A stretch of 63,874 nt of DNA, the filler included, from Nemertoderma westbladi (taxonomy: Eukaryota > Animalia > Xenacoelomorpha), in the NCBI GenBank assembly GCA_032718475.1. It is 3 parts of 3 records of this genome, joined end to end, with 100 filler letters (N's around TTAATTAATTAA, not from the genome) between each part and the next. Parts side by side here need not be neighbours in the genome. Positions count along the whole stretch, not along the records: positions 54,919 to 63,874 come from JAUCBJ010004673.1; 2 more parts are not named here. One strand, given 5' to 3'. Both the position numbers and the translations under genes were made by a program. Under the pieces are notes generated by a model. It was not told the DNA's origin and made no database searches. It saw only the letters and a program-made list of their open reading frames with translations. Below are positions 63,771 to 63,874 of the stretch, in pieces. Each line of letters opens with the position of its first letter. Positions within the stretch are counted from its first letter, which is position 1.

Positions 63771-63874
63771 TGTGACGGGATCAGGGGATCCCGACCGGTT
63801 TATCACGTTACGCGTCACCGTGTTGTTTGTTGAGAAAATAATAGTTTGTTGTTGTTATCGCTTTTGATGTTGAT
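63771..63874 (-). repeat. 3' end of the BEL 5' LTR
   Basis: Minus strand ends CGGGATCCCCTGATCCCGTCACA like the LTRs ending at 20918 and 21479. Confidence 0.88.

Larger units (their letters stand above)
56653..63874 (-). mobile_element. BEL/Pao element, second copy of the 12.9-18.5 kb family, 3'-truncated
   Basis: Gag, protease and RT clearly similar to 12920-16745; 5' LTR end at 63771 runs off the window. Confidence 0.93.

Overview
Eukaryotic (probably invertebrate animal) DNA that is almost entirely nested transposable elements. It is three contigs joined by two artificial 100-nt linkers (N44-TTAATTAATTAA-N44) at 23484-23583 and 54819-54918. Contig 1 holds a decayed Ty3/Gypsy element (-), a Mutator-like/Kolobok-type transposase relic, a CR1-group LINE (-) with a 2A-like DIETNPGP motif and PHD finger, and an hATm-like transposase split by a composite BEL/Pao element (TSD ATAGC). 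Contig 2 holds the last exon of an astacin protease gene, a Harbinger-type MITE and an L2 LINE interrupted by a 10.7-kb BEL-derived LTR element (TSD TTAAC, near-identical 1.17-kb LTRs). That element keeps gag and protease, lacks RT and integrase, and carries a structured 3' region plus an unrecognised zinc-knuckle ORF. Contig 2 continues with a 28-bp minisatellite, P-like and hAT transposase relics, a CR1-group LINE with an open ORF2, two RTE tails and an IS3EU-like end carrying a spliced SAM/HECT-like gene. Contig 3 holds a second copy of the BEL family (-) with an RTE insertion. The strongest leads are (1) the pol-less BEL-derived element with its hairpin and accessory gene and (2) the absence of a tRNA primer-binding site after all three 5' LTRs whose 3' ends are visible, with LTR-complementary sequence instead in two of them, suggesting self-priming. 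All calls were made by eye with no database searches; ends without a TSD are approximate.
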